A model generated the notes under the pieces. The model was not told where the DNA came from and searched no databases. It was given only the letters and a program-made list of their open reading frames with translations. A DNA stretch of 64,000 nt from Thermoanaerobaculia bacterium. Its GTDB lineage: Bacteria > Acidobacteriota > Thermoanaerobaculia > Gp7-AA8. The translations under genes and the position numbers were made by a program. Positions 18,955-27,939 of the stretch are shown here, one piece after another (the first letter of the stretch is position 1; each line of letters opens with the position of its first letter). Location: positions 143,458 through 207,457 of the forward strand of contig DATAJY010000012.1 in the NCBI GenBank assembly GCA_036261885.1, given 5' to 3'.

Positions 18955-21900
18955 AACGCGCTTCGTCCGACCCACCCCGCGCTGACCGGCACTCGGCGTC
19001 CGGCGAGCAGCGCCGCCGCCGTTTCGTTGACGAGCGGAGTCGATTCCGTCAGCGGCCGGAGGTACTCCCCTTCGAGCACCGACACCGCGACGCCGTTGCG
19101 ATACGCGATGCGCGTGCCCGCCACCGCGCGGATTCTTTCATCGCTCGTGAGGATGCCGGTGAGGTTGAGCGGATCGGCGGCGCTGATGACGAGAATCGTT
19201 TCGTCGTGCGGTTCGCGGCGGATCTCGCGCATCCGTTCGATTGCCTCCGGCAACGCGAACTGTTCGCCGCTCATCCCTCGCACGAAACGTCCGCCGCGAA
19301 TCTCTCCTCGGGCTTCGAGCCGCCGGTAGACGCGCGCGAGCTCGCGCCACGGCGCGATGTTCGTTTCGCGCGAGAGGAGGCGTCGGAAGACGATGCCGTA
19401 GCGACGCAACAGGACGCGCGCCTGGATCTCGATCGCGGCATCGTTGCCGGCATCGGTTTCGGCACGTGCGAGCAGTGACCAGCGGCCGGCGCGCTGCTTG
19501 TCGCGCGCGAATGACGCGACGAGCGCGCGCAATCCGGCGTAGCCGTCGGAGGAAACGAGTCCCGCGGAAACGAGCTCCGCGAGCGCGCGCTGGACGTCGT
19601 CGTCCTCGCCGAGATCGCGTGCGAACGAGGCGCCGCGCGCCTGCAGCTGTTCGAGCACGCGTTTCGCGGAGTCGCTGAGCGCGATGTCATTCGCGAGCGG
19701 TCGCAGCGTCTGCCAGACGTCGGCGTGCTCGCGCAGGAAAAGCGCGATCGGCGTGGCGCTGACGACGTTGGTCTCGGCACCCGAGAGTCTCGCCCAGCCG
19801 ATCTCGCCCGAAAGGCAGAGCGTGTCGAGCAGCGTGGCGTCGTAGCCGCTGATGCGCGACGGCAACACGGCGCGTTCCCATGCGCTGGCGGCGACTTCGA
19901 ATCCATCGAGCTGCGCGAGCACCGCCTGCAGTCCATCGACTCCGATGAGTCGCGACGACGGAGCGACGTGCTGCCACGCGAAAAGGAAGCGCATGAAATC
20001 GGCGGCACCGACCGGCTCGATCTCCGCGCGCAGCCGGTTGAGCGTGTAGCGATGAATGCGGGCCAGCAAGCGCCGCTCGCACCACTGTTTCGGCGCGCTG
20101 AACGCGCCGCGCAGAATGACGCCTTCTGATTCGAGCTGGATGAGCGCCAGCTCGACTTCGTTCTCATGAATGCCGAGCTGCGAGGCCAGCTCGCTCGCGG
20201 TGACGGGGCCGAGGATCGAGATGCGGCCGCGCAGGAATTCGACGGTCGCCTCTTCGCGCGACCACACCTTCCTGCGCGATGCGGGCGCGGTGATGGAAAC
20301 GTCGGCGTCGTGAATGGCGAGGAGCTCGGGAAGACGTTCGGCCGCGATGAGGAGGCTGCGGGAGCCTTCGCACGAAACCCGAGTCGCGCGTCGCGTTCGC
20401 ATCAGCTCCGCGAACAGCTCCGCATCCACTTCCCCGTCGAGGAGGAACCCCGCGGTCATGAGCGCGTCGTGCAGTTCATCGGCATCGCGCGGATCGGGAC
20501 GCTCTTCATCCTGCACGCGCTCGATCGCGGCGAGATCGAGGATTCCGGGCTCGTGGGATTCGCCGGCGCGTCGCGTGTAGACCGCCTGCGTGCGTCGTTC
20601 TTCGAGCGGCGCGTCGTCGAGAAACGCGTATGGCTTCGCGTTGAGAATCTCATGCGCGAGCGGCGACGGTTCGACGGTGTCGCGCGCGACGAGCTCGAGC
20701 TCGTTCGCGTGAATCTTCGTGAGGAGGCGCGCCAGTCCATCGAAGTCCATCGCTTCCTCGAGGCAGTCGCGTACGACCTGACTGACGAGCGGATGATCGG
20801 GGATCTGCCGATCGCCCGGGATGTTCTCGAAGCATGCGGCTGCATCGGGGAAGACCGCGGCCATGAGGTCGTCGGCCATCATCCGCTGCAGTTGCGGCGG
20901 CACTTTCCGGCCGTGCCGATTGCGCGGGATGGCCAGCGAGATGGTGGTGTTCCAGCGCCAGCGCGTTTGAAAGACCGGCGCGTCGAGGAACGCCTGCACG
21001 AGCACGTCCTTCGCGGTGTTCGGATGGAGGTAGCGGAAGACGTCGGCGAGCGGAAACGAATGCTGCGGCCCGAGGGAGAGCAGGATGGCGTCTTCGGTGG
21101 CCGCGGCCTGCAGCTCGACGTTGAACTGGCGGCAGAAGCGCTTGCGCAACGCGAGCCCCCACGCTTTGTTGATGCGGCTGCCGAACGGTGAATGCACGAC
21201 CAGCTGCATGCCGCCTGACTCGTCGAAGAAGCGCTCGAGCACGAGCGTCTCCTGCGTCGGCAGCACGCCGAGCACTTTGCGCGCTTCTTCGAGATACGCC
21301 ACGATCTCATCGGCGGCATCGCGCGGCACGCCTGCTTCGCGCACGATCCATTCGGCATCGACGAAGTCGCGGCGGAACTCACTCACCGCGCGCGAAAGCT
21401 CGTCGCTGCGCGCGGGCGCCTCGCCGAACCAGAACGGGATGCTGGGCGGCTGGCCGTGTGCATCGGCAACGCGCACCGTACCGGCCGTGACCTGCGTGAC
21501 CTGCCACGACGCATTGCCGAGCTGGAAGATGTCGCCGACATTGCTCTCGATCGCGAAGTCTTCGTTGAGCGTGCCGATGAAGGTCTCTTCCGGCTCGAGC
21601 ACGACCCGGTAATCGGCGACTTCGGGGATGGCGCCGCCGTTGGTGATCGCGGTCGATCGCGAGCCGCGTCGTCCCTTCACCCGCGCGTTCACTTCGTCGC
21701 GATGGACGAGCGCACCGCGCCGGCCGCGTTTCGTGGCGAAGCCGTCGGCCGTCATCTTCACGACGTCATCGAAGTCCTTGCGCGCGAGGTCGCGATACGG
21801 ATGCGCGCCGCGCACGAGCGCGAACAATTCGTTTTCACTGAAGTCGTCACACGCGGCCTCGGCGACGAGCTGCTGCGCGAGCACATCGAGCGGCGCGTCG

Positions 21901-23132
21901 TGCTGCACGATCCGGTCGAGCTCCCCCTGTTTCACCGCACGCAACATCGCCGTGCATTCGACGAGATCGTCGAGCGACACCGGGAAGAGGCGTCCCTTCG
22001 GCAACCCGCTCACCGTGTGGCCGGAACGCCCGACGCGCTGGAGCAGCGTGGCGATGCGATGCGGCGAGCCGATCTGGCAGACGAGATCGACGTGACCGAT
22101 GTCGATGCCGAGCTCCAGCGATGCGGTGGCGACGAGCGCTTTCAGTTGTCCGCTCTTGAGCCGCGTCTCCGCATCGAGCCGATTCTCTTTCGACAAGCTC
22201 CCGTGATGTGCGGTGACGGCGGTTTCGCCGAGCCGCTCGGAAAGATGGCGGGCGAGCCGCTCCGCCATGCGTCGTGTGTTCACGAAGACGAGCGTGGTCC
22301 TGTGCTGCTCGATGAGCTGCGTGAGGCGGTCGTAATACTCGCCCCACACCTCCGCGGACATCACCGCGTCGAGCGGCGATCCGGGGAGCTCGAGATTGAG
22401 ATCCATCGCGCGGCGATGGCCTTCATCGATGATCGTCACTCCGTCGTGGAGCGGCGCATCCGGCTGACGAGCGGCGGGCGTTCCGCGCAGATACGCCGCC
22501 ACGTCCTCGATCGGTTTCTGCGTCGCGCTCAAGCCGATGCGCAGGAGCGGGCGTTCCGCCACGGTCTGCAATCGTTCGAGCGTCAGGGCGAGGTGTGCGC
22601 CGCGTCGCGTGCCGATCACGGCGTGGATTTCGTCGACGATCACGGTCTGCACCGTGCGCAACATCTCGCGGCTGCGTTCTGCCGTCAGCAGGAGGTAAAG
22701 CGATTCCGGGGTGGTGACGAGGATGTGCGGCGGCTTGCGCAACATCGCCGCGCGTTCCTGCGTGCTGGTGTCGCCGGTGCGGACGCCGGTGGTGATCTCA
22801 GGAGCGCGCAGGCCGATCGATTCGGCGATGCGCATCATGCCGAGGCGGGGCTCGGCGAGGTTCTTGTGAATGTCGGTGCTGAGCGCTTTGAGCGGCGAGA
22901 CGTAGACCACGCGCACTTCATCGCGAAGAGGAGCGGCGAGCCCTTCGACGAACAGTTCGTCGAGGGCGGTGAGAAAGGCGGCGAGCGTTTTGCCGGAGCC
23001 GGTCGGCGCGGCGATGAGGGTGTGTCGTTTGTCGCGGATCGCGGCCCAGCCGCGGCGTTGCGGCGGAGTCGGTTCGCCGAGGGTCTCGGTGAACCAGCGG
23101 CGCGTCACTTCATGAAAAGAGTCGAGGGGCAT
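18948..23132 (-). CDS. lhr: Lhr-type large ATP-dependent DEAD/DEAH-box helicase
   Basis: 1394 aa. Walker A APTGSGKT, DEIH box (VIVDEIHAV), the helicase C domain and a long Lhr-like C-terminal extension. Confidence 0.9.
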   Translation of the reverse strand: MPLDSFHEVTRRWFTETLGEPTPPQRRGWAAIRDKRHTLIAAPTGSGKTLAAFLTALDELFVEGLAAPLRDEVRVVYVSPLKALSTDIHKNLAEPRLGMMRIAESIGLRAPEITTGVRTGDTSTQERAAMLRKPPHILVTTPESLYLLLTAERSREMLRTVQTVIVDEIHAVIGTRRGAHLALTLERLQTVAERPLLRIGLSATQKPIEDVAAYLRGTPAARQPDAPLHDGVTIIDEGHRRAMDLNLELPGSPLDAVMSAEVWGEYYDRLTQLIEQHRTTLVFVNTRRMAERLARHLSERLGETAVTAHHGSLSKENRLDAETRLKSGQLKALVATASLELGIDIGHVDLVCQIGSPHRIATLLQRVGRSGHTVSGLPKGRLFPVSLDDLVECTAMLRAVKQGELDRIVQHDAPLDVLAQQLVAEAACDDFSENELFALVRGAHPYRDLARKDFDDVVKMTADGFATKRGRRGALVHRDEVNARVKGRRGSRSTAITNGGAIPEVADYRVVLEPEETFIGTLNEDFAIESNVGDIFQLGNASWQVTQVTAGTVRVADAHGQPPSIPFWFGEAPARSDELSRAVSEFRRDFVDAEWIVREAGVPRDAADEIVAYLEEARKVLGVLPTQETLVLERFFDESGGMQLVVHSPFGSRINKAWGLALRKRFCRQFNVELQAAATEDAILLSLGPQHSFPLADVFRYLHPNTAKDVLVQAFLDAPVFQTRWRWNTTISLAIPRNRHGRKVPPQLQRMMADDLMAAVFPDAAACFENIPGDRQIPDHPLVSQVVRDCLEEAMDFDGLARLLTKIHANELELVARDTVEPSPLAHEILNAKPYAFLDDAPLEERRTQAVYTRRAGESHEPGILDLAAIERVQDEERPDPRDADELHDALMTAGFLLDGEVDAELFAELMRTRRATRVSCEGSRSLLIAAERLPELLAIHDADVSITAPASRRKVWSREEATVEFLRGRISILGPVTASELASQLGIHENEVELALIQLESEGVILRGAFSAPKQWCERRLLARIHRYTLNRLRAEIEPVGAADFMRFLFAWQHVAPSSRLIGVDGLQAVLAQLDGFEVAASAWERAVLPSRISGYDATLLDTLCLSGEIGWARLSGAETNVVSATPIALFLREHADVWQTLRPLANDIALSDSAKRVLEQLQARGASFARDLGEDDDVQRALAELVSAGLVSSDGYAGLRALVASFARDKQRAGRWSLLARAETDAGNDAAIEIQARVLLRRYGIVFRRLLSRETNIAPWRELARVYRRLEARGEIRGGRFVRGMSGEQFALPEAIERMREIRREPHDETILVISAADPLNLTGILTSDERIRAVAGTRIAYRNGVAVSVLEGEYLRPLTESTPLVNETAAALLAGRRVPVSAGWVGRSAFQ

Positions 23133-23328
23133 CGGGGGCTCCGTGTGAATGGGGAGATTTTATGCGAACGGCGCCATCGGTCTGCGTGCTGTAGCGCGCA
23201 TGCGTGACGAATTCGCAGTCGGCCATTGCGCCGTGCTCACCGAGGGCCGCGAAGGGCCGCAGACCGCGCTGACCGCCGCCGATGCGTCGAAGACGATCGG
23301 AGGCAATTCGATCGCCGCGCTGAACGAA

Positions 23329-23706
23329 TCAGCGCATTAGCACTTTTGCGATCGTGGCGTCGAGCGATTCGAGGCGCTGCTGCAGGGAGTGGAGTTGTCG
23401 CAGCGCCGCATCGAGCTTCTGTTCGATGCGCACCATCGGATCGTCGGAGATCGTTGTTGCGGGTTCGGCCTGTGCCGGAACCGGCTCGAGTGCCTGGCCC
23501 GGCTTCAGGACGACGGTGCCGAACTCATCGCTTGCGGGCTCGGCCTCCGGTTTCGCCGATTCGAGATCCTGCGGTTCGAAGTCCTGGTTCCGCAGCTGAA
23601 AGATCGTGCGATCGCCGAACTCGAACGGCTCGTTCTCGGTCTTCTTCCGCTCCGGAGCGGGGGCGGGGCGATGGGTCGGCAGGAACTTCGTCTCGTCGGA
23701 GTCCAT
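23329..23706 (-). CDS. Hypothetical protein (acidic/Pro-rich N-terminus, C-terminal coiled-coil-like helix)
   Basis: 125-aa ORF with reasonable GC3 bias. No SD and no recognised family. Confidence 0.4.
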   Translation of the reverse strand: MDSDETKFLPTHRPAPAPERKKTENEPFEFGDRTIFQLRNQDFEPQDLESAKPEAEPASDEFGTVVLKPGQALEPVPAQAEPATTISDDPMVRIEQKLDAALRQLHSLQQRLESLDATIAKVLMR

Positions 23707-23763
23707 GTTGGCGGGAAGAACGCGGGCGCCGCGGAAAACATGCCGCGCGCCCGCGTCACGACG

Positions 23764-24138
23764 TCACATCGCGTAGAAGAATTCTTCGCGCACGATCCGG
23801 CCGTCCTTCACGGTGTAGAGCGCGACTTCGTCCATTGCGTAACGATTTCCCGCCATCGGTCCTTCTTTCGGCGTGACCTCGTAGTGGTACTTCACGGTGA
23901 AGCGATCGCCGTTCGGGTAGGGACCCTCGACCGTCGCGGCGTGCACTTCGTGGTTGTTCAGCCACCACTGATTCTTTCCGCGAATGGCGTCGATGCCGTT
24001 CATCTCGCGCGGCATCGTGCCGTCGTCCATCGCTTCGACACTGGCGATGTCGGGGCTGTAGAGCTCCTCGATCGCATCGAGGTTGCGTCCCTCGCGACAG
24101 AGCTCGACCAGCCGATCGCCCACCTTCTTCGTATCCAT
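23764..24138 (-). CDS. SnoaL-like / NTF2-fold protein
   Basis: ATG 24138 is preceded by AAGGAGG. 124 aa: MDTKKVGDRLVELCREGRNLDAIEELYSPDI...VKDGRIVREEFFY, typical of the NTF2-like fold. The rest of ORF 23764..25677 is artefact. Confidence 0.7.
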   Translation of the reverse strand: MDTKKVGDRLVELCREGRNLDAIEELYSPDIASVEAMDDGTMPREMNGIDAIRGKNQWWLNNHEVHAATVEGPYPNGDRFTVKYHYEVTPKEGPMAGNRYAMDEVALYTVKDGRIVREEFFYAM

Positions 24139-24212
24139 CACGTCCTCCTTGTTCGGTGCGCGTATCAGAACGGATCGGGAGGAACGCGGCGATGAACTTT
24201 GCGTAAAGATGT

Positions 24213-24401
24213 TCAGTCGTGATGTGCGCTCGGCTGCAGGGTCTCGGCCCCTTCGAGCACGCCGATCAGCAGGTCGGGCTGATGGATGATGATCGGCAGG
24301 TGCTGCGGGCAGATGTGAAACGTGCCGCCGCGATACTGCATGGAGATCAGCGGCACGCGGTCGGAATCGCTCTGGCAGACGAGGCAGGCGGTGTTGTTCA
24401 T
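24213..24401 (-). CDS. Possible small Cys/His-containing protein
   Basis: 62-aa ORF MNNTACLVCQSDSDRVPLISMQYRGGTFHICPQH.... No SD, weak support. Confidence 0.25.
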   Translation of the reverse strand: MNNTACLVCQSDSDRVPLISMQYRGGTFHICPQHLPIIIHQPDLLIGVLEGAETLQPSAHHD

Positions 24402-24459
24402 GCGCCGATGGTGCGCGCGGAGGGAGGCCGGGCGGTATGCGCGATGTCATACTCCGCGC

Positions 24460-24651
24460 ATGTTGTGGTCTCTCGTATTCGTGGCGATCGTCGGGGTGAC
24501 GGTCATCTTTCTCCGCAGGCCGCTCGCACAACAGCAGGCGTTTCTGGCCGGCGGCCGCGTGCTGCCGGGCTGCGTGATCGCGGAAGGGGTGTTCCTGATC
24601 GTGCTCGCGCTGGTGTTGTACCTGCTCTACCGCGCCGGCGCGTTCGCGTGA
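24460..24651 (+). CDS. Possible small two-helix membrane protein
   Basis: 63 aa: MLWSLVFVAIVGVTVIFL...VFLIVLALVLYLLY. Its 3' end overlaps the convergent beta-lactamase-like gene by 25 nt. Confidence 0.3.
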   Translation: MLWSLVFVAIVGVTVIFLRRPLAQQQAFLAGGRVLPGCVIAEGVFLIVLALVLYLLYRAGAFA

Positions 24652-25508
24652 GTCCAGACGGAGCGCGCGATCTCGGCGATCACGCGCTCCGCCTGCTCGT
24701 GTTTTTCGAAATCCTTCGTCAGCACGACCAGCACGCGTTTCGAGCCGTCGTCGCTGAGGATCACCCCGCCGTCGTGCGCGATCTTCGTGATCGAACCGGT
24801 CTTGTGAGCGACGCGCGTTCCTTTCGGCAATCCGGCCGGAATGCCGTTGTTGTGCTCCTGCGCCTCGAGGATGCGCACCATCGCCTCCGACGCCTCCGGT
24901 GAGACGGCGTGATGTTCCGCGAGCGTTCTGAAAATCACCGCCAGGTCGTACGCGGTGGTGGTGTTGTTCATCCCCGCGTGGTACGCCTTGTCGTCTTCGA
25001 CGCCCCGCAGCACCTGCACGTCGTTCGCGCCGATCGACCGCATCAGCGTCATCACGCGCGGCGCGCCGATCAACTCGATCACGAGGTTCGTGGCCAGGTT
25101 CGAGCTGCGCACGATCATCCGGCGCACCAGCTCTTCGAGCGGCACGTCGGTACCGATCTTTTCGTAGAGCTCCGCATCGGAGTCTTCCTTCGGATCGAGC
25201 GTGTAGGACGAGCCGTCGAGGATGCTCTTGAATTCGTTGCGCACGCGCACCGGCTGGTCGAGGCGCAGCTCGCCGCGGGTGACCGCCTCGAAGATGCCGA
25301 GCATGACCGGCACCTTCATCGTGCTGGCGGCGTGGAACACGGTCCGCTCGTTCCGATAGAGGCTCGCGCCGCTCTGCAGATCGACGTATGCGACGGCGAT
25401 GGTCTGCCGCGGATGCCGCGCCAGGATGCGGTCGACGTCCGACGGCAGATCGCGCGAGGTCGCGCAGCCGATCAGCAGAAAGACGGCGAGCAGGGAGAGT
25501 CGCTTCAT
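24627..25508 (-). CDS. Class A beta-lactamase-like serine hydrolase (lipoprotein signal)
   Basis: 293 aa. MKRLSLLAVFLLIGC lipobox, SxxK motif ASTMK, and KTG motif HKTGS. Confidence 0.8.
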   Translation of the reverse strand: MKRLSLLAVFLLIGCATSRDLPSDVDRILARHPRQTIAVAYVDLQSGASLYRNERTVFHAASTMKVPVMLGIFEAVTRGELRLDQPVRVRNEFKSILDGSSYTLDPKEDSDAELYEKIGTDVPLEELVRRMIVRSSNLATNLVIELIGAPRVMTLMRSIGANDVQVLRGVEDDKAYHAGMNNTTTAYDLAVIFRTLAEHHAVSPEASEAMVRILEAQEHNNGIPAGLPKGTRVAHKTGSITKIAHDGGVILSDDGSKRVLVVLTKDFEKHEQAERVIAEIARSVWTHANAPAR

Positions 25509-26161
25509 GCGAGCAATCTAAAGGAAGCGAGCGCGACGCGCTCGATTTTGTGGCAGCCGTTTGCGTCGAACAGTACGTCGTGCACGAAGGCATCGACGTC
25601 GTGCATGCCGTGGAGCAGGCGGCGGCGCAGTTCGTTCCGAGGATCGGCCAGCAGCTTGCGGCGTTTGATGTCCGCATTGAGTGCGCCGAGGAGAGTCGGG
25701 TCCTTCGCCAGCGCGACCGTTAATGCGTGCCGCGTGCGGTCGAAACGGCTTCGTACGGTCCGCTGGTACGTTTCCTTGTGAGACGTGCGCGCGGGACGGT
25801 ATTCACAATGCGCCTTCCAATGGCCATAGGCGTGATTGCCGACCACGGTATTGGGAAGAAGCGCCCGCACTCGTTGCAGTTTCAGCGTCAGGGGCAGGCC
25901 GCGCGTGAGCTTGTCGCACCAGTGCATGAAGTGGTTGAGCTTGTCGGCGCCCTGGCGGCTCCGGACGACCCATCGCATCGAAACCGTGCGTGTCAGATCG
26001 ATCGGCGAGTATTCGTCGTGAAGCGGGATGTCCTGTCGCACGCCGCGACGGGCGGCGCGCTTTACGGCTGCTTTGTGTTTACGGGCGCTCTTGCGCGCCT
26101 TCGAGGGAAGAATGCTGCGCGTCATGTCGAGCAGCTTTTCGGGGGAGACTTCCTTTCTCAT
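25505..26161 (-). CDS. Highly basic hypothetical protein
   Basis: 218 aa, Arg/Lys/His-rich. Its stop overlaps the start of the beta-lactamase-like gene (ATGA at 25505-25508). I recognise no family. Confidence 0.55.
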   Translation of the reverse strand: MRKEVSPEKLLDMTRSILPSKARKSARKHKAAVKRAARRGVRQDIPLHDEYSPIDLTRTVSMRWVVRSRQGADKLNHFMHWCDKLTRGLPLTLKLQRVRALLPNTVVGNHAYGHWKAHCEYRPARTSHKETYQRTVRSRFDRTRHALTVALAKDPTLLGALNADIKRRKLLADPRNELRRRLLHGMHDVDAFVHDVLFDANGCHKIERVALASFRLLA

Positions 26162-26222
26162 ACGTTCTTCGTTTCCATGGAGGGCGGGCGCCGCTTGATA
26201 CGCCCGCCCTCGTGCCTGCCGC

Positions 26223-27323
26223 TTACAGCAGCTTCACGACCCGGCTGGTGAGTCCCTCGTCACCGAGAACCACCGTCAGGTTCGCCTTTCCGGCAACCTT
26301 CTCGAGCACTTCCAGCTCCTTGAGCTTCATCAGCGTCGGAGAGGATTCGAGAATCTTTGCCGTATTGGCCTGCATGCGCATCGCCGCCGTTTCCTCGCGG
26401 CGCGTGATCAGCGATGCTTCCGCGGCCTTCTTTGCTTCCGTGACCTTGTTCATCAGATCCTTCATGTCGCCCGGCAGAATCACGTCCTTGACGCCCGCCG
26501 AGACGAGCGCCAGACCGAGCTCGATGGCGCGCGGTGCAATGCGCTCCGCGAGCTCACGCCCCAGTGCGTCTTTCGCCTGGAGCAGTGCGTCGAGCTCTTT
26601 TGCGCCGACCGCTTCCCGCAGCGCGAGCTGCGCGGCGCGGTACAGCGCCTGACCGGCACCGTCGACTTCCATCACGCTGCGCAGTGCATCCACAATGCGG
26701 TACGAAACCATGGCATTGAGGCGCAGCGTGACCTTGTCGGCGGTCATGATTTCCTGGCCGCTGATGTCGAGCACCTGCTCGCGCAGATCGACGGTCATCA
26801 GCTTCAATGTGCCGGTGCCCTTCCAGAACGCGTACGTGCCCGGGGCGAGCGTGGCCTGGAATGCGCCGTCGCGAAACCAGAGCCCGGCGTGACCCGGCTC
26901 GACATTGAGGATCTGCAGGTGATTCGCGGCGCGCGGCGACGCGAGAATGACCGCCAGATCCTCATGAACGAACTGCATGTTGCGTGCGTCGAGCACCTCG
27001 ACGCGCACCTGGTACTCGGTGGTCCAGAGCACGTACGTACCCGGCCCGACGATCGCATTGAAGCGCTCCTCGACCCAGACCACTGCACGCTCGTGATCGC
27101 GCAGCTGCAGCACGATCCCTTCATCGCCGAGCCGGCCGGAGCGCGCAATGCGCTCGAGCTGTTCGTGATGCAGCCAGGCGTTGTCCATCGAGACGACGTC
27201 GACACGCGTCTTGAAAAGCGGTGCGTAAATCCAGTGCGAGCCCGGCTTCAGGACGCCGGCGAACTCGCCGTCGCGAAACAGAAGACCGCGCGTATGCGGA
27301 CGAATATGGACGTGTCGAAACAT
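26223..27323 (-). CDS. SPFH/band-7 (slipin-like) domain protein
   Basis: 366 aa with a strong SD (GAAGGAGG). The SPFH core and C-terminal coiled coil (KDVILPGDMKDLMNKVTEAKKAAEASLITRREETAAMR) are present. No obvious TM segment. Confidence 0.85.
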   Translation of the reverse strand: MFRHVHIRPHTRGLLFRDGEFAGVLKPGSHWIYAPLFKTRVDVVSMDNAWLHHEQLERIARSGRLGDEGIVLQLRDHERAVVWVEERFNAIVGPGTYVLWTTEYQVRVEVLDARNMQFVHEDLAVILASPRAANHLQILNVEPGHAGLWFRDGAFQATLAPGTYAFWKGTGTLKLMTVDLREQVLDISGQEIMTADKVTLRLNAMVSYRIVDALRSVMEVDGAGQALYRAAQLALREAVGAKELDALLQAKDALGRELAERIAPRAIELGLALVSAGVKDVILPGDMKDLMNKVTEAKKAAEASLITRREETAAMRMQANTAKILESSPTLMKLKELEVLEKVAGKANLTVVLGDEGLTSRVVKLL

Positions 27324-27570
27324 GCTGTACCTCCTTCAATGGAACCGGCCGCGAATCGGAAGACACACGTCTGCCACGCTCTCGATGCGGAGCATTGCGG
27401 GTGGTCGCGCGTCGTCACTGTGAGCTCGCACGGCACAGTGAGTCCGTCGCGCCATACGGCGCATGCTGCAGGGCCTCGATTACGCTCGCCCTCGAATCCG
27501 AAAACCCGGGGCAGGCACGCCCGCGGCTCTGACCCGCGGCCGGTGATCGCTTACGGCGATCAGTCGTCAT

Positions 27571-27600
27571 GGACGGTGAGAGGAGTCGAACCTCGAGGGC
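27571..27600 (-). other. tRNA/tmRNA T-arm-like fragment (no complete RNA gene)
   Basis: The minus strand reads GAGGTTCGACTCCTC-TCACCGTCCA, a canonical GGTTCGAnTCC T-loop. No complementary 5' acceptor strand or anticodon arm could be folded. Confidence 0.3.
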
Positions 27601-27730
27601 TGTTCAGGCCCTTACCTGGAGCAACAAGCACCCTTCCGTTGATCCCGTTCGCGGGACGCGGAACGCTGACGTCAGAGCGGACCGCGCCGCCGGTGTGAAC
27701 GGTGTTGTCGCCGAAATTCATTGTGGCCGC

Positions 27731-27765
27731 AAACAAAAAGCCCCTTCGGATTCTCCGAAGGGGCT
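27731..27765 (-). terminator. Rho-independent terminator (minus strand)
   Basis: AGCCCCTTCGGA / TCCGAAGGGGCT, a 12-bp stem (27739-27765). On the minus strand it is followed by TTTTGTTT. There is no T-run on the plus strand. Confidence 0.6.
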
Positions 27766-27883
27766 CGCAAACGAGCTGCTCTTATGAATAGAGAGCTAGC
27801 GCGCTGGAGCTCCTCCGGCTTTTTCGTCGCACGTGCCGGGGCACGACAACGGGCTGAGTTGATGGCGGCGATTGATCATTGAG
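27731..27883 (-). ncRNA. Candidate about 150-nt small RNA
   Basis: Bounded by a TTGACA-17-TATTCT promoter-like site (27890-27918, minus strand) and the terminator at 27731-27765. Contains several short hairpins. No family recognised. Confidence 0.25.
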
Positions 27884-27889
27884 GTGCGA

Positions 27890-27918
27890 AGAATAGGGAC
27901 CGTCATTGTGATTGTCAA
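27890..27918 (-). promoter_or_regulatory. Candidate sigma70-type promoter (minus strand)
   Basis: The minus strand reads TTGACA (27918-27913), a 17-nt spacer, then TATTCT (27895-27890). Confidence 0.3.
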
Positions 27919-27939
27919 TAGGAAATTCATTGCAGGAGT

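Noticed and set aside
17377-18975. Full-length 532-aa version of the LD-carboxypeptidase ORF
   Set aside because: The first about 184 residues are Arg-rich junk. They overlap the convincing histidine-phosphatase gene on the other strand. A Tat-type signal peptide begins at the internal Met (18423).
23764-25677. 637-aa ORF on the minus strand
   Set aside because: Only the last 124 codons (23764-24138, SD-preceded, NTF2-like) look real. The upstream part is Arg/Ala-rich and overlaps the well-supported beta-lactamase-like gene in another frame.
27571-27670. Complete tRNA (Sec/Ser-like) or tmRNA gene on the minus strand
   Set aside because: Only a T-arm plus a 3' acceptor-like strand is present. 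No complementary 5' acceptor strand, D-arm or anticodon arm could be folded. No tmRNA tag-like reading frame ending in a typical ALAA-type sequence was found.
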